A stretch of DNA of 44,108 nucleotides from a virus (lineage: Duplodnaviria > Caudoviricetes), in IMG/VR virus record IMGVR_UViG_3300032143_000004, positions 1 to 44,108 of that record; one strand, given 5' to 3'. Every line of letters starts with the position of its first letter. The stretch's first letter is position 1. Position numbers and translations under genes: made by a program. The notes under the pieces are model-generated. The model had not been told where the DNA came from and did not search any database. It was given only the letters and a program-made list of their open reading frames with translations. Positions 29,601 to 38,551 of the stretch are shown piece after piece.

Positions 29601-30716
29601 ATCACACGAGAGAATCAACAAATATTTACATCGTTCAGTGTTGCTCAGGATCCTGGTAAACCAACATCAGAATCATTGGAAGTTTTAAACCAAATGGCTA
29701 ACTTAGGTAAAAACAGAAGATCAACAACTCAAAATGTTTCCTTGTATAACTTATACAAAAATAGAAGTTACTCATGTTCTGTTGATATGATGGGGTGTGC
29801 GTTAATCCAACCAATGATGTATTTTAATATTAGAAATATACCAATGTTTTCAGGACCATATATGATCACTAAAGTTACTCATGATGTTTCTGAAAACGGA
29901 TTCAAAACACAATTTGAAGGAATTAGACAACCATTCTATAGTTTACCAACAGTTGACAATTTTTTACAGACATTAAATGAAAAATTAGTTTCTCAATTAC
30001 AAACTAAAGTTAGAGAAAATGAAGAATTAAACAAAGCTAAATCAGAGAATGTACAAATACAAGCGTCTAATACTATTGCTAATTTAAGTAGTGAAGATAC
30101 ATTAACAAAAAATCAAGATTGTGCGGCACAAATAAAGTCAAGATATCAAGGATTTGTTGCAACCGATGAACCAACACCGACTTCGTTTTCTACAAAAGAT
30201 TTATATAATACAATTGTACAAGTTCTTTTAGATAATAAATATTCTCAAACCGGAAGTACTTTTGGTTATTTAGTATCTTTAATGTTCACATTTGTATTTG
30301 TCGATTCAGGAACTGGTAATGGGTCAGAAATAAAAGCATATGAGAATAATTTTAGCACTATTGATCTAACTCAAGTTTATGCTGATAAATTTTTTGAGTA
30401 TATAAACAGAAGATACTATTGTGTTTCTAGAGGGTCTAACCCTAACCTTCCGGTGGTTTCGTTCAGAAGTTTATATGATTTTCTAAACTTTGTTCATTAT
30501 TCAGTAAGAAATTTACCAACAAATATTAAAGCGGAATTACAAAACTTTGGGGATAATGAATTACCTTTTATATATGCAAAACTTTATGTTTTGTATTATC
30601 CTGTAAACCAAAACTCTAATGTTTATACTCAAATTGAAAAGGACAAAAATCAAATAGATAAATTAAGACAGGAGTTTATAAGCGCGGCAAATGTATTAAC
30701 GGCAATTTTACAATAA
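23670..30716 (+). CDS. Very large baseplate hub-like virion protein (~2348 aa; probable start ATG 23670)
   Basis: C-terminal YSCSVDMMGCALIQPMMYF..FSGPYMITKVTH..FKTQFEG resembles gp27/GpD hub ends; ATG overlaps upstream gene's 3' end. Confidence 0.6.
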   Translation: MVGDQENILVELDYDNISLIDPNKTVDELGNVSDRLVKQENLVYYANLECNVLPRTKLAVGTAMNDSSRTISVSKINFLNPGNKTFMDTNWADEVTGKDTLSGQGVNQPKQNSVKNPNKSDDYYMTQNLWSNGTPGAVDNGLLGMKAIRVSIGTDFLPVIDVDLEDVKGRALFEGGNNSPYAAFFQLPYPQFTLTLKGYYGKAIKFPIMLQSFTSTFDPSTHNFQIKLKFYGYKYTLLSYVNFGALMAVPQMYKSTITTTPVVKQQGNTTSGSDSVTAPQTVSRGYQKMKEIYSDYKSKGLIPDNFPEITLLQLKYRLQNFITDVLAQFEKENMGLLTDMTLFTNNLLTYQQIIFLYGNGSWFSTNMDRENPIVLKTKENTFVFKEVLDLEKRGIAVAKLEGDIQQYNDILGQNSIFGINGSYTIGGIKTKSDIPSNVSVGKLKKQVDINQIDLVTTYVSQKNAPKGDYKESDAVIINFKQTLEGILKKNNNTVWFFEGSNSFMSITDSMAKKVSEFRKKIEYEISASLATKFNAQGNGGLGFVPSIRNILAVFYCQGEAFLRLLDEVHKKAWDQRENQFRRAAIFGNISAAPSVDVKTSSQNNEPIYPWPQVIKESIGEDNKEKFEVIYPGDQTVASTYRAYSPEVWPEVEFVEQFIKGYTERLADKDIDFQVFDSNTQPLRESLNSIDFPISNEVFQNKEESKYFYEIYERLIVNSYYSRFNRKSGYNLSIYEVESDSEAVNILQSLGNDNPFLSKKLKEYLLDSNNYVPFLMHISNQGQGESWQTFSRGEFVTPYLKNDAANPNVIYNGSIFSSLKSQPSVSLSNANNITNINKYLSNSSVSNEFDFVDTYPFTNFSWVKTNMANGKSLNNVTDVIDTKLVIGYNEVHKTVTNFTLSDTNNDKRPFTHFNFINLNVTIDTSNLKTFYETRGFASQLITEGNLNYENYTNYLTDSQTTSMLNTPYFINAIQQGVFNFRYKQNDLYPYKNAAYLFLNSLPLATLKEKYKTYANETETDLDYIVATLKKFGAVHKLPYAWILKYGSIWHRYKIYRDTGVDILDDVWKDFNYLENWDPATSAATYNYNLVVDGTQKNLVLDTTTGSPSFTDINTGFYPQLMDDFNVFIQGLKLFSGQTQVSGTCIVQTITGASNVIQVTGTCSTNGTGITINSISNNFITLPHTIFIPSLNANIQLVTQVTGTTGGIGYYTTPLNFSAAFTTLPFVLGSYGYLTNTTPYPIQPGQIIGGSPSTSAVTVLNIYSATTGVTQIYELTSTSAETYNYTVLNPPIQVIAISNNVVTNGSILNGQNLNGNVVITSQVSGSTGGIGLYQTSTIQTANTSNFVVQNAYVQGIGSQQIQNYLNDNKLMMFNTQNSTIFETSGFDPNSNQRSMRVSPWSVVVRSTLLPDSYYVLPSFGSNINQAKVEAFKNQKMKVELSNNPAMFNGSVRLFWNAPQYGWFDNSKIVKNSPDTYLKKILFNQSSQQNFSLYGDITQYSNFEELFTTFELELMDKFESEFLNFSRSVYDYNDTLPNYLVQEESFPGSKRLLNGVSEEEKSYKNFQYLMRSLLIINKPTGTSPETKLENVITQQNQRFQFVLGEFVNYNVAFKFGNPSNFNKRLYYTFSTRYIEEPIIYGPYEQGNLPPQVSLSQSKQQNPKTWLALEKYVGTSTIPQLEYKNSGSYITDFFINMNVAFNEKNVQDFSPIIKIFATQKLLNSNLNVTSFYNLMDNYLIDSETYIGTVLNTMLPVVRNGLPNVFINNDDSANRAGLEAGFTEQTRTELWETFKALNDTWIAGFDFQNKTLFEDVMLVDRASRNVGDKILVDIFGIINLLEDGATEKHSGSNSYKNTLLDMVTTILVQNNFQHFMLPSYVNFYNVQDAQKNATPRPDGTLEVGNMMFGTYLNVDYRQSSPKFLCYYVNKPSEHLNLNDNIDYRFRDDAFDLRRASDNPLVENLANKNDWDKSNKIVGFNVDITRENQQIFTSFSVAQDPGKPTSESLEVLNQMANLGKNRRSTTQNVSLYNLYKNRSYSCSVDMMGCALIQPMMYFNIRNIPMFSGPYMITKVTHDVSENGFKTQFEGIRQPFYSLPTVDNFLQTLNEKLVSQLQTKVRENEELNKAKSENVQIQASNTIANLSSEDTLTKNQDCAAQIKSRYQGFVATDEPTPTSFSTKDLYNTIVQVLLDNKYSQTGSTFGYLVSLMFTFVFVDSGTGNGSEIKAYENNFSTIDLTQVYADKFFEYINRRYYCVSRGSNPNLPVVSFRSLYDFLNFVHYSVRNLPTNIKAELQNFGDNELPFIYAKLYVLYYPVNQNSNVYTQIEKDKNQIDKLRQEFISAANVLTAILQ

Positions 30717-30743
30717 ACATGATATTTATAAATAAAAACATAT

Positions 30744-30968
30744 ATGAACACTAAATTAATATTAGATAACTACTTGGGTAAAAATACAAGAGTTTCAGAA
30801 AAAGATATGGGTGATGGTACTAAACAAGTTTGTGATTTAGACACAGGAGATTGTTATACTGTAAGAATAAAAGACGGATTGATTGAAAGAGTTGACAATA
30901 CAATGAAGACATTCAAAAAAATTCAAGTAGAAACCAAAAATGGTATAAAAACTTTATTGAATGGATAA
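30744..30968 (+). CDS. Hypothetical protein (74 aa)
   Basis: ORF preceded by TATTTATA (30723-30730); contains VCDLDTGDCY; overlaps next gene. Confidence 0.75.
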   Translation: MNTKLILDNYLGKNTRVSEKDMGDGTKQVCDLDTGDCYTVRIKDGLIERVDNTMKTFKKIQVETKNGIKTLLNG

Positions 30969-31656
30969 GATGAAAATTGACGAAAAAATATTAAATGAGA
31001 TTGCAAGATATCAATCAATAAATAAGTATATCATGGAACAAGATGTTCCACCACCGGTTGAGGATCCAGCATTAACGGGAGCAGGAGCACCACCACCACC
31101 AACTGATGCCGCAGGAGCACCACCAGCGGCAGGAGCGACTCCACCACCCGCACCACCCGCAGGAGAACCTATTGATTTATCTAAAGATCCTGATGTTGAA
31201 GAATTACCTGGTGATGATGAAGAAGGAACAGAGGGTGAAGGTGAAACTGAAGAACTAGATATAACGGACTTAGTTGATTCACAAAAAACTATGGCAGATA
31301 AACAAGAAGAATATTTTGAAAACTTGTTTAATCAAATTAAAACAATGGAAGAAAAATTGGCCGAAATGGACAATATAGTTCAAAAAATTGATATATTGGA
31401 CGCTAAAGTTGAGAGATATAGACCTAAGACACCACAAGAAAAACTTGAACTAAGAAGTTTAGATTCCGGACCATACAAACAAAACTTAGCAGACTTCTTC
31501 AAAGACAAAGAAGAAGAAATGGAAAAAACAGGTAAAAACGAATATGTTTTAACCCAAGATGAAGTTGAAAACTTTAGCCCTTCCGACATTGAAAAAACAT
31601 TTAATGAACCAATGGAAGACGAAGACGATATTTTATTAAACAGATATAATTCATAA
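30961..31656 (+). CDS. Acidic, Pro-rich coiled-coil protein (possible prohead/scaffold-associated)
   Basis: ILNE..IMEQ N-terminus, Pro/Ala tract, acidic tract, heptad-like segment; function inferred only. Confidence 0.7.
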   Translation: MDKMKIDEKILNEIARYQSINKYIMEQDVPPPVEDPALTGAGAPPPPTDAAGAPPAAGATPPPAPPAGEPIDLSKDPDVEELPGDDEEGTEGEGETEELDITDLVDSQKTMADKQEEYFENLFNQIKTMEEKLAEMDNIVQKIDILDAKVERYRPKTPQEKLELRSLDSGPYKQNLADFFKDKEEEMEKTGKNEYVLTQDEVENFSPSDIEKTFNEPMEDEDDILLNRYNS

Positions 31657-31693
31657 GTTTTAAGGTCGAAAATATAGACCTTAAACTTTTTTT
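31657..31693 (+). terminator. Intrinsic terminator ending the structural block
   Basis: TTTAAGGTC (31659-31667)/GACCTTAAA (31677-31685) stem then T7. Confidence 0.75.
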
Positions 31694-31703
31694 ACAATAC
31701 TAT

Positions 31704-31732
31704 TTGACTATACCTTTTTATATACCTATAAT
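31704..31732 (+). promoter_or_regulatory. Sigma70-type promoter upstream of SSB
   Basis: TTGACT (31704-31709), 17-bp spacer, TATAAT (31727-31732). Confidence 0.7.
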
Positions 31733-31766
31733 TCTACAATAAACCTTTAATTTAAATTTAACTAAA

Positions 31767-32627
31767 ATGGCGACAAATTCATTAGACGCAGTACTTTCAC
31801 AGTACGAAAAATCACAAAGTAGCTCAAACGCTACATCAAAAATGTCTTCAGAAGACCGTATGAAAAAATATTTCGCGGCAATATTGAAAGACAACGAAAA
31901 ACAAGGTCAACGGACAATCCGTATTTTACCTACAACAGACGGATCTTCACCATTCAAAGAAGTATGGTTTCACGAAGTTCAAGTAGACGGTAAATGGCAA
32001 AAATTTTACGATCCAGCAAAGAATGACAATGAGCGTTCACCTTTGAATGAAGTTTATGAAGAACTTATGTCAACAGGAAAAGAATCTGACAAACAATTAG
32101 CAACACAATATAGATCTCGTAAGTTTTATATTGTAAAAGTTGTTGATCGTGATAACGAACAGGATGGCGTAAAATTTTGGAGATTTAAACACAACTACAA
32201 ACAAGAAGGTATCCTTGACAAAATCATTCCTATTTGGAAGGCTAAAGGAGATATTACAGATCCTGATAATGGTCGTGATTTAATTCTTGAGTTAACAAAA
32301 GCTAAAACACCAAAAGGCGCGACTTACACGGTTATCCAAACTGTTATGTATGACGACCCAACCCCAATTTCTAAGGATACGGATCAAATGGCTGATTGGG
32401 TTGGTAATGAAATGACTTGGGAGGATGTTTATTCAAAAAAACCTGTAGAATACCTTGAGGCACTTGCAAGAGGAGAAACCCCAAGATGGGATTCTGAAAA
32501 GGGCGGATACGCTTATTCAAACAATGAAACATCTGAAGTTTCTATTGGAGGCACAAAATCAGTTTCAATTACTGAGGTTGCGGACCCACAAAAAAATGAT
32601 GAAGTAGACGAAGACTTACCATTCTAA
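31767..32627 (+). CDS. Single-stranded DNA-binding protein (T4 gp32-like)
   Basis: IRILP..SPF..WFH, FYIVKVVDRD, DITDPDNGRDLIL, acidic tail DEVDEDLPF. Confidence 0.8.
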   Translation: MATNSLDAVLSQYEKSQSSSNATSKMSSEDRMKKYFAAILKDNEKQGQRTIRILPTTDGSSPFKEVWFHEVQVDGKWQKFYDPAKNDNERSPLNEVYEELMSTGKESDKQLATQYRSRKFYIVKVVDRDNEQDGVKFWRFKHNYKQEGILDKIIPIWKAKGDITDPDNGRDLILELTKAKTPKGATYTVIQTVMYDDPTPISKDTDQMADWVGNEMTWEDVYSKKPVEYLEALARGETPRWDSEKGGYAYSNNETSEVSIGGTKSVSITEVADPQKNDEVDEDLPF

Positions 32628-32645
32628 TTTAATTAAAAAAACTAT

Positions 32646-32676
32646 AACGGGAGCAGTTTATTGTTCCCGTTTTTTT
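32646..32676 (+). terminator. Intrinsic terminator after SSB
   Basis: AACGGGAGCAG-TTTA-TTGTTCCCGTT stem-loop then T-run. Confidence 0.8.
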
Positions 32677-32708
32677 ATGTATATTTTATATAACAATTAT
32701 TAATTATT

Positions 32709-33692
32709 ATGGCATTGAAAAAGAAAGAATTTAGTTTAGACGCAATAAAAAGTAAGTTTTCCACCAAAACAAAATATAAACCCGAAAGTTTTTATAATTG
32801 CGGGGAAGCGTTTATGAACTCTTGTGGATTACCCGGACCTGTAATGGGGGGTGTTAACATGTTTTTAGGGCACTCAAATACTTCAAAAACAACGGCAATG
32901 ATTCTTGCTGCGGCTGACGCACAAAAGAAAGGTCATTTACCTGTTCTTATTATTACTGAGAAAAAATGGTCTTGGGAACATGCAATTGAATTAGGATTGC
33001 AAGCGGAGAAAAACGAACTTGGTGAGTATGATGGTATGTTTATTTTTAACGATTCATTTGATGTGATTGAACAAGCAACTGAGTTTATTAATGAAATACT
33101 TGATTCTCAAGAAAAGGGAGATATACCTTATAATTTATTGTTTTTATGGGATAGTATTGGTAGTGTACCTTGTCAGATGACTTTTGATGGAAAAGGCGGT
33201 GGAATGCACAACGCTAAGGTACTTGCAGATAAGATTGGTATGGGGATTCATTCAAGAATCTCAAAATCTAAAAAAGAAGAATATCCTTATTATAACACTT
33301 TGGTGATTTTAAATCAGCCTTGGGTGTTACTTCCTGATAATCCATTTGGACAACCTGAAATCAAGGCTAAAGGTGGTGAAGCGGTATGGTTGGCATCATC
33401 ATTAGTGTTTTTATTTGGTAATCAGAAAAAAGCGGGTATTAGTCACATTGACGCCACTAAGAATGGTAGAAAAGTGTCGTTTGCAATTAGAACAAAAATT
33501 TCTATATTAAAAAACCATGTTAATGGTCTTGGATATAAAGATGGTAAGATCATTGCAGTACCACAAGGTTATATTACAGACACAAAAGAGTCTTTGGATA
33601 ACTATAAGAAAGAATATTCAGATTATTGGGAAACAAAATTAGGATATTCAGATTATTCTTTAGACGAATCTGATGATGACTCTGACGAGTAA
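32709..33692 (+). CDS. RecA/UvsX-like recombinase
   Basis: Walker A GHSNTSKTT, ITE, Walker B FLWDSIG, LNQ, KGGEA, KNHV. Confidence 0.85.
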   Translation: MALKKKEFSLDAIKSKFSTKTKYKPESFYNCGEAFMNSCGLPGPVMGGVNMFLGHSNTSKTTAMILAAADAQKKGHLPVLIITEKKWSWEHAIELGLQAEKNELGEYDGMFIFNDSFDVIEQATEFINEILDSQEKGDIPYNLLFLWDSIGSVPCQMTFDGKGGGMHNAKVLADKIGMGIHSRISKSKKEEYPYYNTLVILNQPWVLLPDNPFGQPEIKAKGGEAVWLASSLVFLFGNQKKAGISHIDATKNGRKVSFAIRTKISILKNHVNGLGYKDGKIIAVPQGYITDTKESLDNYKKEYSDYWETKLGYSDYSLDESDDDSDE

Positions 33693-33724
33693 AAAAGTAT
33701 TTTCAAACAACTTAAAAAATTTAA

Positions 33725-34735
33725 ATGATTAAAACTCTTGTTATTGACGGCAACAATCTACTAAAGATTGGGGTTTGTGGGGTCAAAGATTTTTATAATA
33801 ACGGAGAACATGTTGGTGGGATTTGGCATTTCTTAAACACAACCAAAAGATTTTTAGATGAAGGAAACTACAATAAAGTTGTGGTTTGTTGGGATAACGA
33901 AAGTAATTCAACGCAGAGAAGATTATTTTACCCCAATTATAAACTTAACCGAAGACAAGCAAATACCGAAGAACAACTCCATTCATTCTCATATCAAAAA
34001 ACAAGAGTAAAACAATATCTTGAAGAGATGTTTATAAGACATATTGAAATTGATGATTGTGAGGCTGATGATATTATTGCGTACTATTGTAAAATATCTA
34101 AAGACGAACACAAAACTATATTCTCAAGCGATAGAGACCTTACACAGCTTATCTCTGAAGATGTGAGTATCTATTCCCCAATTACTAAAAAACATTATAA
34201 GAATGGGGATATGATTAAAATGTGCGATGTTGAAATACCTCATTATAACATTAAAACTTGGAAAATATTATCTGGTGATAAGTCAGACAACATTAATGGA
34301 ATTTATTATTTGGGAGAAAAAACATTAGTTAAGTTATTTCCTGAGTTACTTGACAAAGAAGTAAATATCTCCGATATTTTAACAAAAGGGGAATTACTTT
34401 TAAAAGAAGATAAAGACAATCCCGCATTAAAAAACCTGTTAAGTGGTAGAACAAAAGATGGTATTTTTGGTGATGAGTATTACGAGATAAATAAAAAACT
34501 TGTGGACTTATCGGAACCACTAATAAGTGAAGAAGGAAAAGAATTAGTTGAATCTTATTATTCCGAGTCGATGGATCCCGACGGAAGAGGACATAAGAAT
34601 TTAATTAGAATGATGATGGAAGACGGACTCTTCAAATACCTACCTAAGAGGGACGATGCTTGGGTTAGTTTTTTGACACCTTTTCTAAAATTAACAAGAA
34701 AAGAAAAAAACAAATTTAAAAACAAAAAAAATTAA
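33725..34735 (+). CDS. 5'-3' exonuclease/flap endonuclease (T4 RNase H/Pol I N-terminal-like)
   Basis: LVIDGNN, YKLNR, EADDIIA, SSDRDLTQL, GDKSDNI.G..LGEKT. Confidence 0.9.
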   Translation: MIKTLVIDGNNLLKIGVCGVKDFYNNGEHVGGIWHFLNTTKRFLDEGNYNKVVVCWDNESNSTQRRLFYPNYKLNRRQANTEEQLHSFSYQKTRVKQYLEEMFIRHIEIDDCEADDIIAYYCKISKDEHKTIFSSDRDLTQLISEDVSIYSPITKKHYKNGDMIKMCDVEIPHYNIKTWKILSGDKSDNINGIYYLGEKTLVKLFPELLDKEVNISDILTKGELLLKEDKDNPALKNLLSGRTKDGIFGDEYYEINKKLVDLSEPLISEEGKELVESYYSESMDPDGRGHKNLIRMMMEDGLFKYLPKRDDAWVSFLTPFLKLTRKEKNKFKNKKN

Positions 34736-34744
34736 AAAAACAAA

Positions 34745-35194
34745 ATGAAAGAACAGGATATTACAAAGACAGAATTTTTGTTAATGTGCAACGACAACAT
34801 CGTAGTTCAAAGATTCTTTAATGTTAGAGGGTTTAACAAAAACGCTCATAAATCGGAAGAATTTTATAATCATGTTGACTATCTTTGCCGCGATCTCAAA
34901 AATGATTTAAAAATGAGATCAATAGTTTATATGTTGGACCACCAATACGATATTTTAGAGAATCCGGAATTACTTAATACATCAATTACTGATGGTCCAG
35001 AAAATTTTAATTTAATTATTAAGGTAGGAGATATGACAATTTGTCATAGACGGTTTGACGCAAAACCATACCCCCCAAAGGTCAGATATACCGTAGACCT
35101 ACGCCCAAAGTTAAAATCTATCATGGCGGAGTTAACTGACATTTTTTCAGGTCAAAAATTTAATTATTTTTATCCCGAATTTATTAAAAACTAG
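34745..35194 (+). CDS. Hypothetical protein in replication block
   Basis: 149 aa ORF tightly packed between exonuclease and helicase. Confidence 0.75.
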   Translation: MKEQDITKTEFLLMCNDNIVVQRFFNVRGFNKNAHKSEEFYNHVDYLCRDLKNDLKMRSIVYMLDHQYDILENPELLNTSITDGPENFNLIIKVGDMTICHRRFDAKPYPPKVRYTVDLRPKLKSIMAELTDIFSGQKFNYFYPEFIKN

Positions 35195-35226
35195 GACTAT
35201 TTATCTTTACTAAAGTAAAAAAAAAT

Positions 35227-36609
35227 ATGGCGACTATCAAAAATTTTGAGTATTTAGGTAATACATTTCAGTTACAATTGTTAAATCAAATTATTATAGA
35301 TAAAGACTTTTCACACTCAATTCTTGATGTTATTGAAAATAATTATTTTGAAAATAAGTACTTTAAAATAATTATTCAAATGGTTAAAGAGTATTATATT
35401 AAATACGATCACACACCATCCTTTGAAACATTAGAACAGATTACAAAATCTGAACTACAACAAGAGATTGCATCCAAAATAGTTTTGGATACAATTAAGA
35501 AAATTAAGGACTCACCTATAGATGGTGTAACTTTTGTTCAGGAAAAGGCGTTAAAATTTTGTAAACAACAAGAGTTACAAAAAGTGATGGGTAAGGCTCA
35601 AAAAATCATCGATGGTGGTGAATTTGAAAATTATGACACTCTTGAAGAATTGGTTAGAGGAGCGTTACAAGTTGGGGCAAAAGACACAAGTATATTAAAT
35701 GTATTTTCTAATATTGATCAAGTGTTAGAAGATGATTATAGACACCCAATCCCAATGGGAATACCAGGTATTGACAGACTATTAAAAGGTGGTTTAGCAA
35801 GAGGTGAAATTGGGGTTATTTTAGCACCAACAGGTGTAGGTAAGTCTACTATTTTAACTAAGATTGCAAATCACGCATTTAATATGGGAAATAATGTATT
35901 ACAAATATTTTTTGAGGATAACCAAAAGGTAATTCAAAGAAAACACTACACATTATGGACAAAAATACATCCTGATGATTTATCAGAAAAAAGAGAAGAA
36001 GTTATCTTAAAAGTTAAAGAAGTTGAGGAAACAATGACAAACAAATTAATTTTAAAAAAATTACCATCAGATACTGTAACTATGTTACAAATTAAGAACC
36101 AAATTAGAAAAATGGTTGCGGATGGTACTAAGATTGATATGGTATTATTGGATTATATTGATTGTGTAGTACCTGACAAACATTTAGGGGATGAATGGAA
36201 AAGTGAAGGTTCGGTAATGAGAGCATTTGAAGCTATGTGTCACGAAATGAATCTTGTAGGTTGGACTGCAACACAAGGTAACAGAGCTTCAATATCGTCC
36301 GAAGTAGTGACAACAGATCAAATGGGTGGATCAATTAAGAAGGCACAAGTGGGACATGTTATTATAACTGTAGCCAAGACTCTACAACAAAAAGAGTTAA
36401 AGTTGGCAACAATAGCAATTACAAAATCAAGAATCGGAGACGATGGCGTTGTGTTTGAAAACTGTAAGTTTGATAATGCAATGATTGATATTGATACTGA
36501 AAGCTCAATGACCTTTCTTGGTATTGAGGAACAGAAAGAAGAAAGACAAAGACTAAGAGTTAAAGAACTTTTAGAAAAAAGAAAAGAAAGACAAACACAA
36601 AACAATTAA
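35227..36609 (+). CDS. dnaB: Replicative DnaB/T4 gp41-like helicase
   Basis: IDRLLKGGL, APTGVGKS, FFED, LLDYID, WTATQGNR, KSR. Confidence 0.9.
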   Translation: MATIKNFEYLGNTFQLQLLNQIIIDKDFSHSILDVIENNYFENKYFKIIIQMVKEYYIKYDHTPSFETLEQITKSELQQEIASKIVLDTIKKIKDSPIDGVTFVQEKALKFCKQQELQKVMGKAQKIIDGGEFENYDTLEELVRGALQVGAKDTSILNVFSNIDQVLEDDYRHPIPMGIPGIDRLLKGGLARGEIGVILAPTGVGKSTILTKIANHAFNMGNNVLQIFFEDNQKVIQRKHYTLWTKIHPDDLSEKREEVILKVKEVEETMTNKLILKKLPSDTVTMLQIKNQIRKMVADGTKIDMVLLDYIDCVVPDKHLGDEWKSEGSVMRAFEAMCHEMNLVGWTATQGNRASISSEVVTTDQMGGSIKKAQVGHVIITVAKTLQQKELKLATIAITKSRIGDDGVVFENCKFDNAMIDIDTESSMTFLGIEEQKEERQRLRVKELLEKRKERQTQNN

Positions 36610-36627
36610 CAAATAAATTTAAATAAA

Positions 36628-38487
36628 ATGAATATTTCGCAAAAAATATTAAGTGACATTACTGTCTTTATGAAGTATGCCAAGTTCCAACCCCAAAAAA
36701 ATAGGAGAGAAACTTGGGAAGAGTTGGTTACTCGTAACAAAGAAATGCACCAAAAAAAATACCCTAAAATTACAAGTGAAATCGAAGAGGTATATAAAAT
36801 GGTATATGATAAAAAAGTATTACCGTCAATGAGATCTTTACAGTTTGGTGGTAAATCAATTGAAATTTCACCAAACAGGGTTTACAACTGTGCTTATATG
36901 CCAATTGACCATGTTGACTCTTTTTCTGAAACAATGTTTTTACTTTTAGGAGGAACAGGAGTTGGGTATTCAGTTCAAAAACATCATGTTGAAAAATTAC
37001 CCGACCTTAAAAAACCAAACAAAGAAAGAACAAGACGATACCTAATTGGTGACTCTATTGAAGGATGGGCAGATGCTATTAAAGTATTAATGGAATCGTA
37101 TTTGGGTTACAAATCGTCAACACCTATATTTGATTTTTCAGATATTAGACAAAAGGGGGCAATGCTTGTTACATCGGGAGGAAAGGCGCCAGGACCACAA
37201 CCATTGAAAGATTGTATTCATAATATTACAAAAGTTTTGGATAACAAAAAAGATGGTGAAAAATTAACACCAATTGAAACTCACGATATTGTATGTCATA
37301 TTGCAGATGCGGTATTGGCAGGAGGTATTAGAAGAGCGGCACTTATCTCATTATTCTCGGCTGACGATGAAGAAATGATTTCTTGTAAATCTGGTAGTTG
37401 GTGGGAACAAAACGCACAAAGAGGTAGAGCTAATAACTCGGCAGTACTTCTTCGTCACAAAATTACTAAAGAATTCTTTACAGGTCTTTGGAAAAGAATT
37501 GAATTATCAGGGGCAGGAGAACCGGGTATCTATTTGTCAAACGACAAAGATTGGGGAACAAACCCTTGTTGTGAAATTGCACTTAGACCATTCCAATTTT
37601 GTAACCTGTGTGAGGTTAATGCTTCAGATATTGAATCACAAGAAGATTTTGATGCAAGAGTTAAAGCGGCGTCATTCATTGGTACATTACAAGCGGGATA
37701 CACCGATTTCCATTATCTAAGAGACATTTGGAAACGAACAACTGAAAAAGACGCACTTATTGGTGTTGGAATGACAGGTATTGGTTCGGGTGTTGTTTTG
37801 GGTTATGATATGAAAAGAGCGGCTAAGATGGTTAAAGAAGAAAATGAAAGAGTTGCTCAGATGATTGGAATTAATAAATCAGCAAGAACAACAACGGTTA
37901 AACCATCAGGTACCTCATCGTTAGTGTTGGGAACATCATCAGGAATTCATGCTTGGCATAATGATTATTATCTAAGAAGAATCCGTGTAGGTAAGAATGA
38001 ATCAATCTATTCTTACTTATCGAATAATCACCCTGAGTTGATTGAAGATGAGTTTTTCCGTCCTCACGACACTGCGGTTATTGGTATACCACAAAAAGCA
38101 CCAGAAGGTGCAATCATAAGACATGAGTCTGTATTTCAAATGTTAGAAAGAGTTAAAAAAGTGTCTCAAGAGTGGATTAAACCTGGACATAGAAACGGAC
38201 AAAACTCTCACAACGTATCTGCAACGGTTTCAATTAAAGAAGATGAGTGGGACTTGGTGGGTGAATGGATGTGGAATAATAGAGATTTCTACAATGGATT
38301 GTCAGTCCTACCCTATTCTAATCATACCTATAAGCAGGCACCTTATGAAGATTGTACTAAAGAAGAATATGAAAGATTACTAACGACATTAAAAAATGTT
38401 AATCTTACAAAAGTAATTGAATTACAAGACAATACTGACCTACGAGGAGAGGCTGCTTGTTCTGGAAATCAATGCGAGATAGCTTAA
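36628..38487 (+). CDS. nrdJ: Class II (adenosylcobalamin-dependent) ribonucleotide reductase, monomeric RTPR type
   Basis: NCAY, GGTGVGYS, GGIRRAALI, TNPCCEI, FCNLCE, TTVKPSGT, C-terminal CSGNQC; no NrdB adjacent. Confidence 0.88.
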   Translation: MNISQKILSDITVFMKYAKFQPQKNRRETWEELVTRNKEMHQKKYPKITSEIEEVYKMVYDKKVLPSMRSLQFGGKSIEISPNRVYNCAYMPIDHVDSFSETMFLLLGGTGVGYSVQKHHVEKLPDLKKPNKERTRRYLIGDSIEGWADAIKVLMESYLGYKSSTPIFDFSDIRQKGAMLVTSGGKAPGPQPLKDCIHNITKVLDNKKDGEKLTPIETHDIVCHIADAVLAGGIRRAALISLFSADDEEMISCKSGSWWEQNAQRGRANNSAVLLRHKITKEFFTGLWKRIELSGAGEPGIYLSNDKDWGTNPCCEIALRPFQFCNLCEVNASDIESQEDFDARVKAASFIGTLQAGYTDFHYLRDIWKRTTEKDALIGVGMTGIGSGVVLGYDMKRAAKMVKEENERVAQMIGINKSARTTTVKPSGTSSLVLGTSSGIHAWHNDYYLRRIRVGKNESIYSYLSNNHPELIEDEFFRPHDTAVIGIPQKAPEGAIIRHESVFQMLERVKKVSQEWIKPGHRNGQNSHNVSATVSIKEDEWDLVGEWMWNNRDFYNGLSVLPYSNHTYKQAPYEDCTKEEYERLLTTLKNVNLTKVIELQDNTDLRGEAACSGNQCEIA

Positions 38488-38499
38488 AATAAAAAGTAT

Positions 38500-38540
38500 T
38501 ACCAAATAGTGAGTTATTTATATTTTCTCGCTATTTGGTA
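38500..38540. repeat. 14-bp inverted repeat (hairpin) between nrdJ and HNH gene
   Basis: TACCAAATAGTGAG (38500-38513) / CTCGCTATTTGGTA (38527-38540), one G-T pair. Confidence 0.8.
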
Positions 38541-38551
38541 TATTTATATGT

